Positions 20,237 to 29,659 are shown, counted from the first letter of the stretch. The stretch: DNA of 64,000 bases from an uncultured bacterium (GCA_942492765.1 OW818634.1:6627-70626), one strand, 5' to 3'. Numbers and translations are program-made. Notes: generated from the letters alone by a model not told the origin.

Positions 20237-21253
20237 ATGAATCTAGAAAAATTGAACGACATCCTGAAGGACGAGCCGAAGTTCCGCTATGTCCAGATAA
20301 ATAAGGCGCTCTGGCAGGATCACATCTCTTCCTGGGAAGAAGCGTCCAGCTTGCCTAAGGCGCTGCGCGAAACCTTGGCAGCCGCCTGTCCTTTAGAGAT
20401 AAAGGCTGAGCTTTTCAAATCATCGGGCGGACCGAAGAGCTTAAAAGCCCTGATCACTTTAGAAGATGGAGAAGTGATCGAGACCGTGCTTATCCGCCAG
20501 AAAGAAGCGCGCAATACGGTTTGCGTCTCGTCTCAGGTCGGTTGTCCTTTGGGCTGCGCTTTCTGCGCGACCGGAATGAATGGTTTCAGCCGCAGCCTGA
20601 CGGCTGAAGAGATCATCATGCAGGTTTCATATTGGGCGCGTTATCTGAAGCAAGAGGGCAAGAGCGAGAAGATCGATAATCTAGTCTTCATGGGCATGGG
20701 TGAACCGTTCTTGAATTATAATGAGTTCATCAAAGCCGTGAAGTTCTTGAATAATCCGGAGACTTTCAATATCGGCGCCCGCCGCATTTCTGTCTCGACT
20801 GCCGGCATCACTGAAGGCATCAAGCGCCTAGCTGGCGAGCAATTGCAGATCAATCTGGCGATATCGCTTCACGCCGCTTTCGATTCCTTGCGCCAATCGC
20901 TAATGCCGATTGCCAAGAAATATTCGCTCCATGATATTTTTCGCGCCGTCGATAATTATATCACCAAGACCGGCCGCCGCGTCATGTTCGAGTACCTGAT
21001 GATCAAGAAGACGAACGATTCTGATAAGGATGCGCTGGAATTAGCCGCGCTCATGAAGAAGCCTTTGTATATGGTCAATCTCATCCCCTATAACGCCACG
21101 GGAAAATTCAAGCCGTCTGACCGCGAACGCGTCGATGCTTTCAAGAAGATTCTGGAAGATAACGGCGTGCCGGCGACTGTCCGTTTAAGTTTCGGCTCTG
21201 GCATCGATGCCGCCTGCGGCCAGCTGAAAGGGAAGATGAAGAAGAGATCGTAA
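20237..21253 (+). CDS. rlmN: 23S rRNA/tRNA m2A methyltransferase, radical SAM (RlmN/Cfr family)
   Basis: It has the CxxxCxxC motif in the context VSSQVGCPLGCAFCATG, and the RlmN-typical domain order. Confidence 0.8.
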   Translation: MNLEKLNDILKDEPKFRYVQINKALWQDHISSWEEASSLPKALRETLAAACPLEIKAELFKSSGGPKSLKALITLEDGEVIETVLIRQKEARNTVCVSSQVGCPLGCAFCATGMNGFSRSLTAEEIIMQVSYWARYLKQEGKSEKIDNLVFMGMGEPFLNYNEFIKAVKFLNNPETFNIGARRISVSTAGITEGIKRLAGEQLQINLAISLHAAFDSLRQSLMPIAKKYSLHDIFRAVDNYITKTGRRVMFEYLMIKKTNDSDKDALELAALMKKPLYMVNLIPYNATGKFKPSDRERVDAFKKILEDNGVPATVRLSFGSGIDAACGQLKGKMKKRS

Positions 21254-21273
21254 GATAAGAGCATGGAAAATAT

Positions 21274-21879
21274 ATGAGTAAATTTTTTATTAAGCTTGAT
21301 CGCATCGCCGCCTGGGTATTAATGATGGTCATAATTATTTATGCTATCAGCGGCTATGGTATGACCAGGGGGCTGATTGACCGCGATCTCGCGCGCGTTT
21401 TGCATCTGTCTTGGCTCGGCGGCGTCGGCATTGTTGCTTTTATTATCCATACCGCTTGCGGTTTTTTCCGATTCTTTTGCCGTAAATGCATCTGGAATAT
21501 CTGGACAAAATGTTTTCTGGTTGCCTTTTACGTCTTATTCGCCGGATTTTTCCTTTACGTTCACTTTTTCTATACCCCGTCTTATGATGTTTTGTCAGCA
21601 TCGAATAATCAAGCCGCGGCGGTTTCCACAAATTCAAGTTTAGTCGCGCCGACAGAAACCAAGGTTTTTACGGCTGCAAGCTTAGCTTATTATGACGGTT
21701 TGGATGGCCGGCCGGATTATGCCGCTGTCAGCGGCGTCGTCTATGACGTTTCTTCGGCTTTTAGGAATGGCGATCACCATGGCTATTCCGCGGGCGTGGA
21801 TCTGACTGATCTTTTTTATACGCAGCATCAGTCCCAGCTTCTTAGCCGCTACCCGATCGTCGGCGCTTATCAGAAATGA
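21274..21879 (+). CDS. Membrane protein with a C-terminal cytochrome b5-like / MAPR-type heme/steroid-binding domain
   Basis: N-terminal TM helices are followed by FTAASLAYYDGLDGRPDYAAVSGVVYDVS..., which resembles MAPR/cyt-b5-like domains. Confidence 0.55.
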   Translation: MSKFFIKLDRIAAWVLMMVIIIYAISGYGMTRGLIDRDLARVLHLSWLGGVGIVAFIIHTACGFFRFFCRKCIWNIWTKCFLVAFYVLFAGFFLYVHFFYTPSYDVLSASNNQAAAVSTNSSLVAPTETKVFTAASLAYYDGLDGRPDYAAVSGVVYDVSSAFRNGDHHGYSAGVDLTDLFYTQHQSQLLSRYPIVGAYQK

Positions 21880-22415
21880 AGCCAGACTTTCCTTACATAA
21901 TAAAGACAGTTCGCCGCTCCCGCCATCTGCGTTTAGCCGTGCATCATGATGGCCGAATCGTCGTTACCAAGCCATATCTCGTCAGCAAGGCCTCGGCTGA
22001 GGCTTTCCTGCTTTCTAAGATCGGTTGGGTCGAGGCGGCTTTAGAACGCTTTAAGAAGATGCCGGCGCCCTTGGCGCGGCCGCATGATCATGAGGATTAT
22101 TTGAAGAATAAGCAGGCAGCGCATGTCTTCGTTCTCAGGCGCTTGGAGCATTTCAATCAGATATATGATTTTAAATACAGCAAGATCAGCATTCGTGATC
22201 AGAAGACGCGCTGGGGTAGTTGTTCGAAGAGCGGCCATCTTAATTTCAGTTATCGCCTGTTAGAGCTGTCGCCGGCCGCCGCTGATTATATCATTGTCCA
22301 CGAGCTCTGTCATCTGAAAGAATTCAATCATTCGGCGCGTTTCTGGGCGCTGGTCGCTAAGACCGTTCCAGATTATGAAGAGCGGCGGAAAGAGTTGAGA
22401 GGGAGAGTTATTTAA
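21876..22415 (+). CDS. YgjP-like (DUF45/M48-type) zinc metallopeptidase
   Basis: HELCHLKEFNHSARFW contains the HExxH-type signature of the DUF45/SprT-like family. It overlaps the upstream gene by 4 nt. Confidence 0.65.
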   Translation: MKPDFPYIIKTVRRSRHLRLAVHHDGRIVVTKPYLVSKASAEAFLLSKIGWVEAALERFKKMPAPLARPHDHEDYLKNKQAAHVFVLRRLEHFNQIYDFKYSKISIRDQKTRWGSCSKSGHLNFSYRLLELSPAAADYIIVHELCHLKEFNHSARFWALVAKTVPDYEERRKELRGRVI

Positions 22416-22416
22416 G

Positions 22417-22445
22417 TTGACACTTTCTCTCTTTTTTGTTAAATT
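22417..22445 (+). promoter_or_regulatory. Promoter for pyrF-pyrE (ttgaca, 17 nt spacer, TGn-taaatt extended -10)
   Basis: Hexamers read directly from the sequence. It lies at the left edge of the AT-rich island. Confidence 0.5.
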
Positions 22446-22521
22446 AATTTGAACATTTTGTTCGCTATTTTGCACGTTAATAATTAAACAAATGTAGTAT
22501 TAACCTAAAAACCGATTAGTC

Positions 22522-23982
22522 ATGAGCTTTAATGAAAAATTACGTCAGAAATGGAGCGAAGGTAAATTTCTTTGCTTAGGTTTGGATAGTGACCGCCGCA
22601 AACTCCCAAAAGGTTTATCGCGTAACGATGAGCCCTCCAAGGTTCTAGAGTTTAATCAAGCGATTATCAATAATACGCACGATATTGTTGCTGCGTATAA
22701 GCCAAACTTCGCATTTTATGAAGATTTGGGGCATGATGGTATTTTTATTCTGCAAGAAACTATTAAGCACATTCGCAGAGTCAACGATACCATCCCGATT
22801 ATTCTTGATTTTAAGCGAGGAGATATCGGTAATACTAATTTAGGTTCTATCAACCTAGCTTTTAATGAGTGGGATGTAGACGCAGTAACCGTATCGCCTT
22901 ATATGGGACGAGAATCATTGGCTCCTTTTCTCGCTAATCCAGATAAAGGGATAATTGTTATCTGCAAAACTTCTAATCCTGGTTCTGGGGAATTTCAGGA
23001 TTTACGCACGCCCGAAGGCTTAATTTATGAAGTAGTGGCAAAAAATGTTTCTCATCAGTGGAATGACAAGAATAATTGTGCCCTAGTCGTCGGCGCTACT
23101 TATCCTGAAGAGCTTCGAAAAGTACGCAATATTTCTGGAAATATGACGATATTGATTCCAGGAATCGGTAAGCAGGGCGGTGATTTAAAAGCTAGTGTTG
23201 CCGCTGGTCTAAACGCTAAGAACAATGGAATTATCATCAACTCTTCGCGAGAAATTTTATTTGCATCCAATGATGATGACTTTGCTCAAAGAGCTCGAGT
23301 TATAGCTTTTGAAACTGATGCTAAAATCAGACAAGCTGTGGCCGAAGTCAAGATTGAAAGACAACGGGATGTTATGGCTATAATGGAAAGAACCGGAGCG
23401 ATGGTCACTAATAGTCATATTGTTTATACTTCTGGTAAACATGGCCGGGAATATATCAATAAAGATGCCGTTTATCCCCACGGAGATTTTATTTCTGACT
23501 TATGCCAAAGAATCGCTGCTTATTTCGTTGATGATGATATCCAAGTGGTGGTTGGTCCGGCGACCGGAGGCATCGTTCTTTCTCAATGGGTAGCAAAGTA
23601 TCTAAGTGCATCAAGCTCTCACAAGGTATTGTCGGTTTATGCGGAAAAAGAAGGCGATTCTTTCGTTATCAAACGTGGTTACGAAAAGTTTATTCCTTAT
23701 TATCGCGTTCTCGTGGTGGAGGATGTATTAAATACTGGCGGTTCCGCCGGGAAAGTAATTGATGCTGTCAGGAAACTCAAAGGAGAGGTTATTGGTTTGG
23801 GTGTTTTATGTAACCGCGGCGGAGTTAAAGCAGAACAGTTTAATTTAGGAGAACTTTATGCTTTAACAAATCTAGATATGGAATCTTGGGAAGAAAAAAA
23901 TTGCCCTTTATGTAAGGACAATATCCCTATAAATACCCAGGTTGGCAAAGGGCGAGAATATTTAGCAAATGGAAATAGGTAA
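22522..23982 (+). CDS. pyrFE: Bifunctional orotidine-5'-phosphate decarboxylase (type 2, N-terminal) / orotate phosphoribosyltransferase (C-terminal) fusion
   Basis: The N-terminal ~280 aa resemble a type-2 OMP decarboxylase (KLCLGLD..., DFKRGDIGNT). The C-terminus carries the PRTase P-Rib-PP motif VLVVEDVLNTGGS. The gene is about 39% GC against about 50% for its flanks. Confidence 0.7.
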   Translation: MSFNEKLRQKWSEGKFLCLGLDSDRRKLPKGLSRNDEPSKVLEFNQAIINNTHDIVAAYKPNFAFYEDLGHDGIFILQETIKHIRRVNDTIPIILDFKRGDIGNTNLGSINLAFNEWDVDAVTVSPYMGRESLAPFLANPDKGIIVICKTSNPGSGEFQDLRTPEGLIYEVVAKNVSHQWNDKNNCALVVGATYPEELRKVRNISGNMTILIPGIGKQGGDLKASVAAGLNAKNNGIIINSSREILFASNDDDFAQRARVIAFETDAKIRQAVAEVKIERQRDVMAIMERTGAMVTNSHIVYTSGKHGREYINKDAVYPHGDFISDLCQRIAAYFVDDDIQVVVGPATGGIVLSQWVAKYLSASSSHKVLSVYAEKEGDSFVIKRGYEKFIPYYRVLVVEDVLNTGGSAGKVIDAVRKLKGEVIGLGVLCNRGGVKAEQFNLGELYALTNLDMESWEEKNCPLCKDNIPINTQVGKGREYLANGNR

Positions 23983-24026
23983 TTTGTAGATGCTAATGAA
24001 AGTAAAAGGCTGTCCTTAAAGACGGC

Positions 24027-24058
24027 CTTTTTTATTGGCATCGCCCCGTCTTTATAGC
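24027..24058 (+). terminator. Rho-independent terminator after pyrFE
   Basis: The hairpin ggctgtcc...gacggcc (one G-U pair) is followed by ttttttatt. Confidence 0.6.
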
Positions 24059-24111
24059 TCCATATCCTTTTTCTTGCTATAATATCCTTATAATTAATTT
24101 ATTATAATATT

Positions 24112-24702
24112 ATGTTTACTTTGCCTAAATTGCCTTATGAGCTAGCCGCCTTAGAGCCGCACATGTCGGCTAAGACTTTAGAATTCCATTACGGCAAGCA
24201 TCATCAGGCCTATATCGATAATCTCAATAAACTAATTACCGGGACAGACTTGGAAAAAGAAACTTTGGAAAATATTATCATGGTTGTCGCGAACAATCCG
24301 GAGAAAGCGAGCATCTTTAATAACGCCGCTCAAGCTTATAACCATGATTTTTTCTGGAAAGGCTTGCGCCCGGCCGACGGCATGATCGAGCCGGCGCCGG
24401 TTTTGCTGGAAGCCATCAATAAAAGCTTCGGTTCTCTGGGAAATTTTTATGGCGAGTTCAAGACGGCTGCGACCGGAGTATTCGGCAGCGGCTGGGTCTG
24501 GCTAGTCAAGGACGGAGAGGTCTTGAAAATTATGAAGACCGCCAATGCTGATACGCCCCTAGCTCATAATCTCCGCCCGCTTTGGTCTCTCGATGTCTGG
24601 GAGCACGCGTATTATCTCGACTATCAGAATCGTCGCGCTGATTTTATCGAAGCGGTTCTGCGCAATCTCGTCAATTGGGAATTCGTCGCTGCTAATTTGT
24701 AG
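24112..24702 (+). CDS. sod: Fe/Mn superoxide dismutase
   Basis: The N-terminus LPYELAALEPHMSAKTLEFHYGKHH and the C-terminus DVWEHAYYLDYQNRR are canonical for the SOD_Fe family. Confidence 0.9.
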   Translation: MFTLPKLPYELAALEPHMSAKTLEFHYGKHHQAYIDNLNKLITGTDLEKETLENIIMVVANNPEKASIFNNAAQAYNHDFFWKGLRPADGMIEPAPVLLEAINKSFGSLGNFYGEFKTAATGVFGSGWVWLVKDGEVLKIMKTANADTPLAHNLRPLWSLDVWEHAYYLDYQNRRADFIEAVLRNLVNWEFVAANL

Positions 24703-24727
24703 TCATTGATAACTTTCTCGATATATT

Positions 24728-25399
24728 ATGTATAAGAATCCTTATGCCAAGCTGAAGCCGTCCAGCCGCCGACCCTATACCGAAATATACCTTATCCGCC
24801 ATTGCCATCCTGATTATGCTCAGGAGAAGAAAGTGGGCGAATATAACATGCCTTTATCAAGGGCCGGCTTGAAGCAGCGGAAATATTTGACTGAAAAATT
24901 GTTGACCCTGAAGATCGATAAGGTTTACGCGAGTAGTTTAGTGCGGGCTCAGGAAACCGCCGCGCTCTACTTGGAAAAGACCGGCAAGAAATTGAATATT
25001 GATGAAAGGCTTGATGAGATCGATTGGAAAGACTGGTACCGCCTCAAGTATTTCAATATGACGGAAAAGACGAGGAGCAAGAAGCTGAAGCGCCATCAGA
25101 CCCTAGATAGGGAACTGGACAAGCTCCAGACTGTCGCTCGCCGCGCGGTCTCCGATTTGTTCCATAGTAATCGCGGCCAGAAGCTGGCAATCTTCTCGCA
25201 CGGAAATTTCATCCGCGCCCTCTTGACTGGGATATTGAACGCCGATGTCATCGGCTTCCTGTCTCTGGAAATATTCCAGTCGTCAGTCAGTAAGATCGTT
25301 ATCGATCGCGACGGCTATATCAAGATCAGCTTCATCAATGACGCCGATCATCTGCCATCGCCGCCGACCGAAGACTTGTATATAACTTTAGCTGATTAA
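24728..25399 (+). CDS. Histidine phosphatase family protein (phosphoglycerate mutase-like)
   Basis: It has the RHG catalytic motif in IYLIRHCHPDY. Confidence 0.6.
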   Translation: MYKNPYAKLKPSSRRPYTEIYLIRHCHPDYAQEKKVGEYNMPLSRAGLKQRKYLTEKLLTLKIDKVYASSLVRAQETAALYLEKTGKKLNIDERLDEIDWKDWYRLKYFNMTEKTRSKKLKRHQTLDRELDKLQTVARRAVSDLFHSNRGQKLAIFSHGNFIRALLTGILNADVIGFLSLEIFQSSVSKIVIDRDGYIKISFINDADHLPSPPTEDLYITLAD

Positions 25400-25408
25400 G
25401 AAACCATT

Positions 25409-26923
25409 ATGAAGATTCTCGCATCATCAAGAGCGCTCAGGCTTATCTCCGGCCTATTCCTGGCTAGCCTTATTTTTTCGGGCATCGCCCTGGAAGCCGC
25501 CCCGGCCGTGGCCGCGACTAATCTTAACGGCCGCATCTTGCTTCAAGTCGAAGCTCATGGCGAAGCCTGGTATGTCAATCCGGTTAACGGTTATCGTTAT
25601 TATCTCGGCCGGCCTGATGACGCCTTCAACGTCATGCGTTCGCTCGGCTTAGGCATAACGAATGCCGACACGGCTAATTTTAAGGTTAATGGCGCACCTT
25701 TGCGTCTTTCGGGTCGCATCTTGCTCCAAGTCCAGGATAAGGGGCAGGCTTATTACGTGAATCCGCTCAATCGGAAATTATATTATCTCGGCCGGCCGAC
25801 TGACGCCTTTAACGTCATGCGCTCGCTCGGCCTGGGTATCACGAATGCCGATCTGATAAAGATCAGGATAGCCTCGGTCGGCGGAACTAGCACGAACGCG
25901 TCGACGACTAGCGCCAGCCTCGATACTCCGCTAGCTTTCAATTTCAAATATAAGACTAATAGCTATACCGTCAATCAGAATTTTTCTTCGGTCCTTTATA
26001 ATTCCTACAAGTCTTCGACAAAAGTTTATTCTTATTCCGGGGCGGCTGTTTCAGACGCGTCTTTGCGGGAATCCTTCTACGGCTTATTTTTTAACGTTAA
26101 AGCTGGAGACACTTCTCTCAGTGATCTGATTTATAAGTTGAAGGCGACCGCGCTTAGCAATAATTGGACGGATGACGAGACTTTGGAATTTACGCTCGCC
26201 CTCGTGCAGTTTATCCCTTATGATAGCGCCAAATTAGCAGCCGGTAATAACCGCAACAATAATCCCTACTATCCTTACGAGACGCTCTACCTAGATAAAG
26301 GGGTCTGCTCTGACAAGACTTTCCTGGCTGTCGCCTTATTGCGTAAATTAGGTTATGGTGCAGCCATCCTTGATTTTCCGACAGCGAACCATAGCGCGGT
26401 CGGCATCGCTTGCCCGACTGATCAATCTTTGAACGGCACCGGATATTGCTATGGCGAGACTACGAATTATTTTCCGCTCGGCGTCGTGCCGCCTAGCCTC
26501 AGCTCCGGCCAAGCGCAAGCTGGCACCGATGAGTTCACTGGCCTTTTTGACGCGACCCATCTTGGAGCCATAGAAATATATCAGAAGACAAGCGGTAAGC
26601 TTTATTACGGAGTGGCCGCGACGCGCGCGAAAGTCGCATTCCTAAAGGCGGCTAAAGATTATTTGAATTCCCAGAGCCCGATTCTGGATGCTCAAGACGC
26701 AGCCCTGAAGACTCAGGAAGCGGAAGTCAGCGCCCTCAAGTCCCAGATGGATGCTTATTATGATAGCGGCCAGATATCTCAATATAACGCCTTAGTGGCG
26801 ACTTATAATGATATGGTCAATAAGTATAATACGGACCTGGGCGCTTATAAGGCGCTAGTGAGCGATTATAATCAGAAGGTGAGCGATTTTAATAAGTCGG
26901 TCAAAGATTTCTATCAAAAATAG
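25409..26923 (+). CDS. Secreted protein with two tandem ~50-aa N-terminal repeats, a transglutaminase-like cysteine protease core and a C-terminal coiled coil
   Basis: A signal peptide is followed by the duplicated block RILLQV..YYLGRP.DAFNVMRSLGLGITNAD. The Cys region GVCSDKTFLAVALLRKLGY and the His in ANHSAVG resemble the transglutaminase-like catalytic core. Confidence 0.5.
   Translation: MKILASSRALRLISGLFLASLIFSGIALEAAPAVAATNLNGRILLQVEAHGEAWYVNPVNGYRYYLGRPDDAFNVMRSLGLGITNADTANFKVNGAPLRLSGRILLQVQDKGQAYYVNPLNRKLYYLGRPTDAFNVMRSLGLGITNADLIKIRIASVGGTSTNASTTSASLDTPLAFNFKYKTNSYTVNQNFSSVLYNSYKSSTKVYSYSGAAVSDASLRESFYGLFFNVKAGDTSLSDLIYKLKATALSNNWTDDETLEFTLALVQFIPYDSAKLAAGNNRNNNPYYPYETLYLDKGVCSDKTFLAVALLRKLGYGAAILDFPTANHSAVGIACPTDQSLNGTGYCYGETTNYFPLGVVPPSLSSGQAQAGTDEFTGLFDATHLGAIEIYQKTSGKLYYGVAATRAKVAFLKAAKDYLNSQSPILDAQDAALKTQEAEVSALKSQMDAYYDSGQISQYNALVATYNDMVNKYNTDLGAYKALVSDYNQKVSDFNKSVKDFYQK
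25527..25860 (+). repeat. Intragenic tandem duplication (2 units of about 165 bp, about 80% identical) encoding the repeated N-terminal module
   Basis: Aligned by eye: ggccgcatcttgcttcaagtcgaagct... versus ggtcgcatcttgctccaagtccaggat... Confidence 0.6.
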
Positions 26924-26969
26924 GCTAATATTAATAAAATAATATAGAAATTTTCGTTCCAATTCAGAC

Positions 26970-26998
26970 TTGACAATAGTCTTTATTTGAGATATCTT
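26970..26998 (+). promoter_or_regulatory. Candidate promoter for the rpsB-tsf operon (ttgaca, 17 nt spacer, tatctt)
   Basis: Hexamers and spacing read from the sequence. Confidence 0.45.
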
Positions 26999-27004
26999 TA
27001 AAGC

Positions 27005-27149
27005 GGAGGTTTTGTGCCTTCGGCCGCAAGCGCGGCCTTTATTAATTATCATGCTCCTATCGGCCTCGCGGCCATTATTTTTCTTCCCCTGCAGACACAG
27101 GGGCGAAGGGAGCAGATGTAACGGGCTACGGCCCTAAAAAAGAAAAAAT
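27005..27149 (+). promoter_or_regulatory. Hairpin-rich ~145 nt 5' leader of rpsB; candidate autoregulatory leader or small structured RNA
   Basis: Four short GC stems with tetraloops: ggccgc-aagc-gcggcc, ggcc-tcgc-ggcc, cccctg-cagaca-cagggg and gggc-tacg-gccc. Confidence 0.4.
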
Positions 27150-27842
27150 ATGTCTAACCTACCAAAGATCGAGGACATGCTTAAAGCTGGCATGCACTTC
27201 GGCCATCGGACTAACCGCTGGCACCCGAAGATGAAGCAATTCATCTTTACTTCTAAGAACGGCGTCTACATTATCGATCTGAAGAAGACGCAGGAAAAAT
27301 TAGGAGAAGCTTTAGAATTTATGACCAAGCTCGTCGCCGAGGGCAAGAGCATCTTGTTCGTCGGCACCAAGAGCCAGGTTTCCGCGCCTCTTAAGAAGAT
27401 GGCGGAAGAGACAGGTCAGTCTTATGTCGTCGGCAAATGGCTTGGCGGCTATCTGACTAATTTTCCGATCGTCAAGAAATCAGTCAAGAAATATTTGGAT
27501 TTGATCGAGAAGAGAGAAACAGGGAAACTCGATAAATATACCAAGAAGGAACGCTTGAATTTTGATCGCGAGATCAAGAAGCTGGAAGTTCGCGTCGGCG
27601 GCTTAGCCGCTCTCTCCAAGCTTCCGGACGCTCTGTTCGTCTGGGACATCAAGGAAGAAGAAACGGCCGTCAAGGAAGCGCAGCAGAAGAATATCCCGAT
27701 CATCGCTATCTGCGACACTAATGTCAATCCGGAACAGGCCAATTATCCGATTCCGGCCAATGACGATTCCACCAAGACCATTAAATTATTATTGGAAGCG
27801 ATTAAGAGCGCTATCTTGGAAGGAAAGAAGAGCCTCAAGTAA
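27150..27842 (+). CDS. rpsB: 30S ribosomal protein S2
   Basis: MLKAGMHFGHRTNRWHPKM is the S2 signature. Confidence 0.9.
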   Translation: MSNLPKIEDMLKAGMHFGHRTNRWHPKMKQFIFTSKNGVYIIDLKKTQEKLGEALEFMTKLVAEGKSILFVGTKSQVSAPLKKMAEETGQSYVVGKWLGGYLTNFPIVKKSVKKYLDLIEKRETGKLDKYTKKERLNFDREIKKLEVRVGGLAALSKLPDALFVWDIKEEETAVKEAQQKNIPIIAICDTNVNPEQANYPIPANDDSTKTIKLLLEAIKSAILEGKKSLK

Positions 27843-27898
27843 ATAAAGTTATAAATCATAAATAAGATCGCGATTTCAATCGTGATCCCCTTAACAAT

Positions 27899-28693
27899 AT
27901 GGAACTCATCAAACAATTACGCGAAATGACCGGCGCTGGCATGGTTGACTGCAAGAAGGCGCTCGATGAAGCGGGTAATGATATCAATAAGGCCGTCGAG
28001 ATCCTGCGCAAGAAAGGCATCTCCAAGGCAGCTAAGCGCACCGATCGCGAAGCGAACGAAGGCGTCGTCAAAGTCGCTGTGAATGACGCGAAGACCGAGG
28101 CTTATATCCTGCAACTTAGTTCCGAAACTGATTTTGTTTCTCGCAATGAGAAATTCCAGTCTTTAGCTGACGAGATCATGAACGTTATCAAAGCGGCTAA
28201 GCCGGCTACCTTAGAGGCTCTTTTGGCTGCGCCTATCAACGGTGCGACCGTTGAAGAGCATATCGGCTCCCTGAGCGGCACTATCGGCGAAAAGATGAGC
28301 GTCAAGCGCTTCGATATCATCAGTGGCGCTTCTGTTGCTTCTTATTCTCATCTCGGCGGACGCATCGGTGTTGTCGTCGCTATGGATCAGGCCGGGAAAG
28401 AAGATTTAGCGGCTGACATCGCGATGCATATCGCGGCGGCTAATCCTAAATATATCCTGCCGTCTGAAGTCGCGGCCGAAGAGATGGCGAAAGAGAAAGA
28501 GATCTATAAGGAATTATTGATCAAGGAAGGCAAGCCGGAAAATATGGTTGATAAGATCGTTGAAGGCAAGATGGGCAAATATTATTCCGAGGTCTGCCTG
28601 ATCGAACAGGAATATATCAAGGACGATAAGAAGAAGATCAAGGATATCTGCGGCGGAGCCAATGTCGTGAAGTTTATCCGCTACTCTCTCTAA
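27899..28693 (+). CDS. tsf: Translation elongation factor Ts
   Basis: The N-terminus is a UBA-like EF-Ts region (LIKQLREMTGAGMVDCKKAL), and the gene is positioned after rpsB. Confidence 0.9.
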   Translation: MELIKQLREMTGAGMVDCKKALDEAGNDINKAVEILRKKGISKAAKRTDREANEGVVKVAVNDAKTEAYILQLSSETDFVSRNEKFQSLADEIMNVIKAAKPATLEALLAAPINGATVEEHIGSLSGTIGEKMSVKRFDIISGASVASYSHLGGRIGVVVAMDQAGKEDLAADIAMHIAAANPKYILPSEVAAEEMAKEKEIYKELLIKEGKPENMVDKIVEGKMGKYYSEVCLIEQEYIKDDKKKIKDICGGANVVKFIRYSL

Positions 28694-28757
28694 ATTCAAG
28701 CTAATTCAGATTAAGCCCCTCTTGCCAGGGGCTTAATGCTATTTAACCATCAATCCC

Positions 28758-29588
28758 ATGTTAATAGCTCAAGTACAATTCGCTCCTTGGGACAAAGTCT
28801 ATAATTTTTCTACCGGCGGACAAGAGCTTTCCTCCGGAGATTATGTCATCGTGAAAACCGAGCTTGGCACCGAGCTTGGAAAAGTCGTCAAGCTGTTCAA
28901 GGATGACGAGGCCGGGAAAGAAGGCCGCGAGATCAAGCCGGTTCTGCGTAAAGCAGACTATGACGATATCGCTAAGCTCCCCAGCCCGGAAAGGAAAGAA
29001 GAGGTCATGGATTTCTGCCGCGAGATGATCGCTAGGCATGATTTGCCTATGAAGCTAGTCGATGTTCATTTCGCTTATGACAATAACCGCTATAATTTCG
29101 CCTTTATCTCGGATAGCCGAGTCGATTTTCGCGAACTCGTGAAAGATTTGGCTGGACGCTTCAGCGCTAATATACGCCTGACTCAGATCGGCACGCGCGA
29201 CGAAGCTAAGATCACCGGCGACTGCGGTCCTTGCGGCCGCGGACTCTGTTGTCGCGGCTTCTTGGATGAGTTCTCCTCGATCACTTCAGAAATGGCCGAA
29301 GCCCAGCAGGTCGTGCATCGCGGCAGCGAAAGGATTTCCGGCATGTGCGGCCGCCTGATGTGCTGCCTAGCTTATGAATATGAAGGTTATAAAGAGATGG
29401 CCGGCCAGTTGCCGCCTATTGGCACTAAAGTGAATGTCGATGGCGCGCGCGGCGTCATTATCGGCCACCATATCTTGAAGCAGACCGTCGATGTCCGCAT
29501 CGCCGGCGAGAAAGAGGGCGACCGAGATACGATAATTTCTGTCGACATCAACCGGCACAAGAAGAAGGACTGCAAGGACTGCAAATAA
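28758..29588 (+). CDS. PSP1 C-terminal domain protein (YaaT/RicT-like)
   Basis: A Cys-rich segment GDCGPCGRGLCCRGFLDEFS...CGRLMCC is typical of PSP1/YaaT. Confidence 0.65.
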   Translation: MLIAQVQFAPWDKVYNFSTGGQELSSGDYVIVKTELGTELGKVVKLFKDDEAGKEGREIKPVLRKADYDDIAKLPSPERKEEVMDFCREMIARHDLPMKLVDVHFAYDNNRYNFAFISDSRVDFRELVKDLAGRFSANIRLTQIGTRDEAKITGDCGPCGRGLCCRGFLDEFSSITSEMAEAQQVVHRGSERISGMCGRLMCCLAYEYEGYKEMAGQLPPIGTKVNVDGARGVIIGHHILKQTVDVRIAGEKEGDRDTIISVDINRHKKKDCKDCK

Positions 29589-29595
29589 ATAATTC

Positions 29596-29625
29596 TTGTA
29601 GGCGCTGGAACGTTTGTGATACAAT
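29596..29625 (+). promoter_or_regulatory. Promoter of the giant RHS gene (ttgtag, spacer, TGa-tacaat extended -10)
   Basis: Read from the sequence. It is followed by a ~30 nt leader before the ATG at 29660. Confidence 0.45.
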
Positions 29626-29659
29626 CAAACCATTAGGATTAATTTTCATAATTAACTAT

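Noticed and set aside
28711-28740. Hairpin (ttaagcccct...aggggcttaa) after tsf as a strong intrinsic terminator
   Set aside because: The stem is good but there is no clear U-tract. It is listed only as a possible weak terminator or RNA-stability element, not called as a feature.
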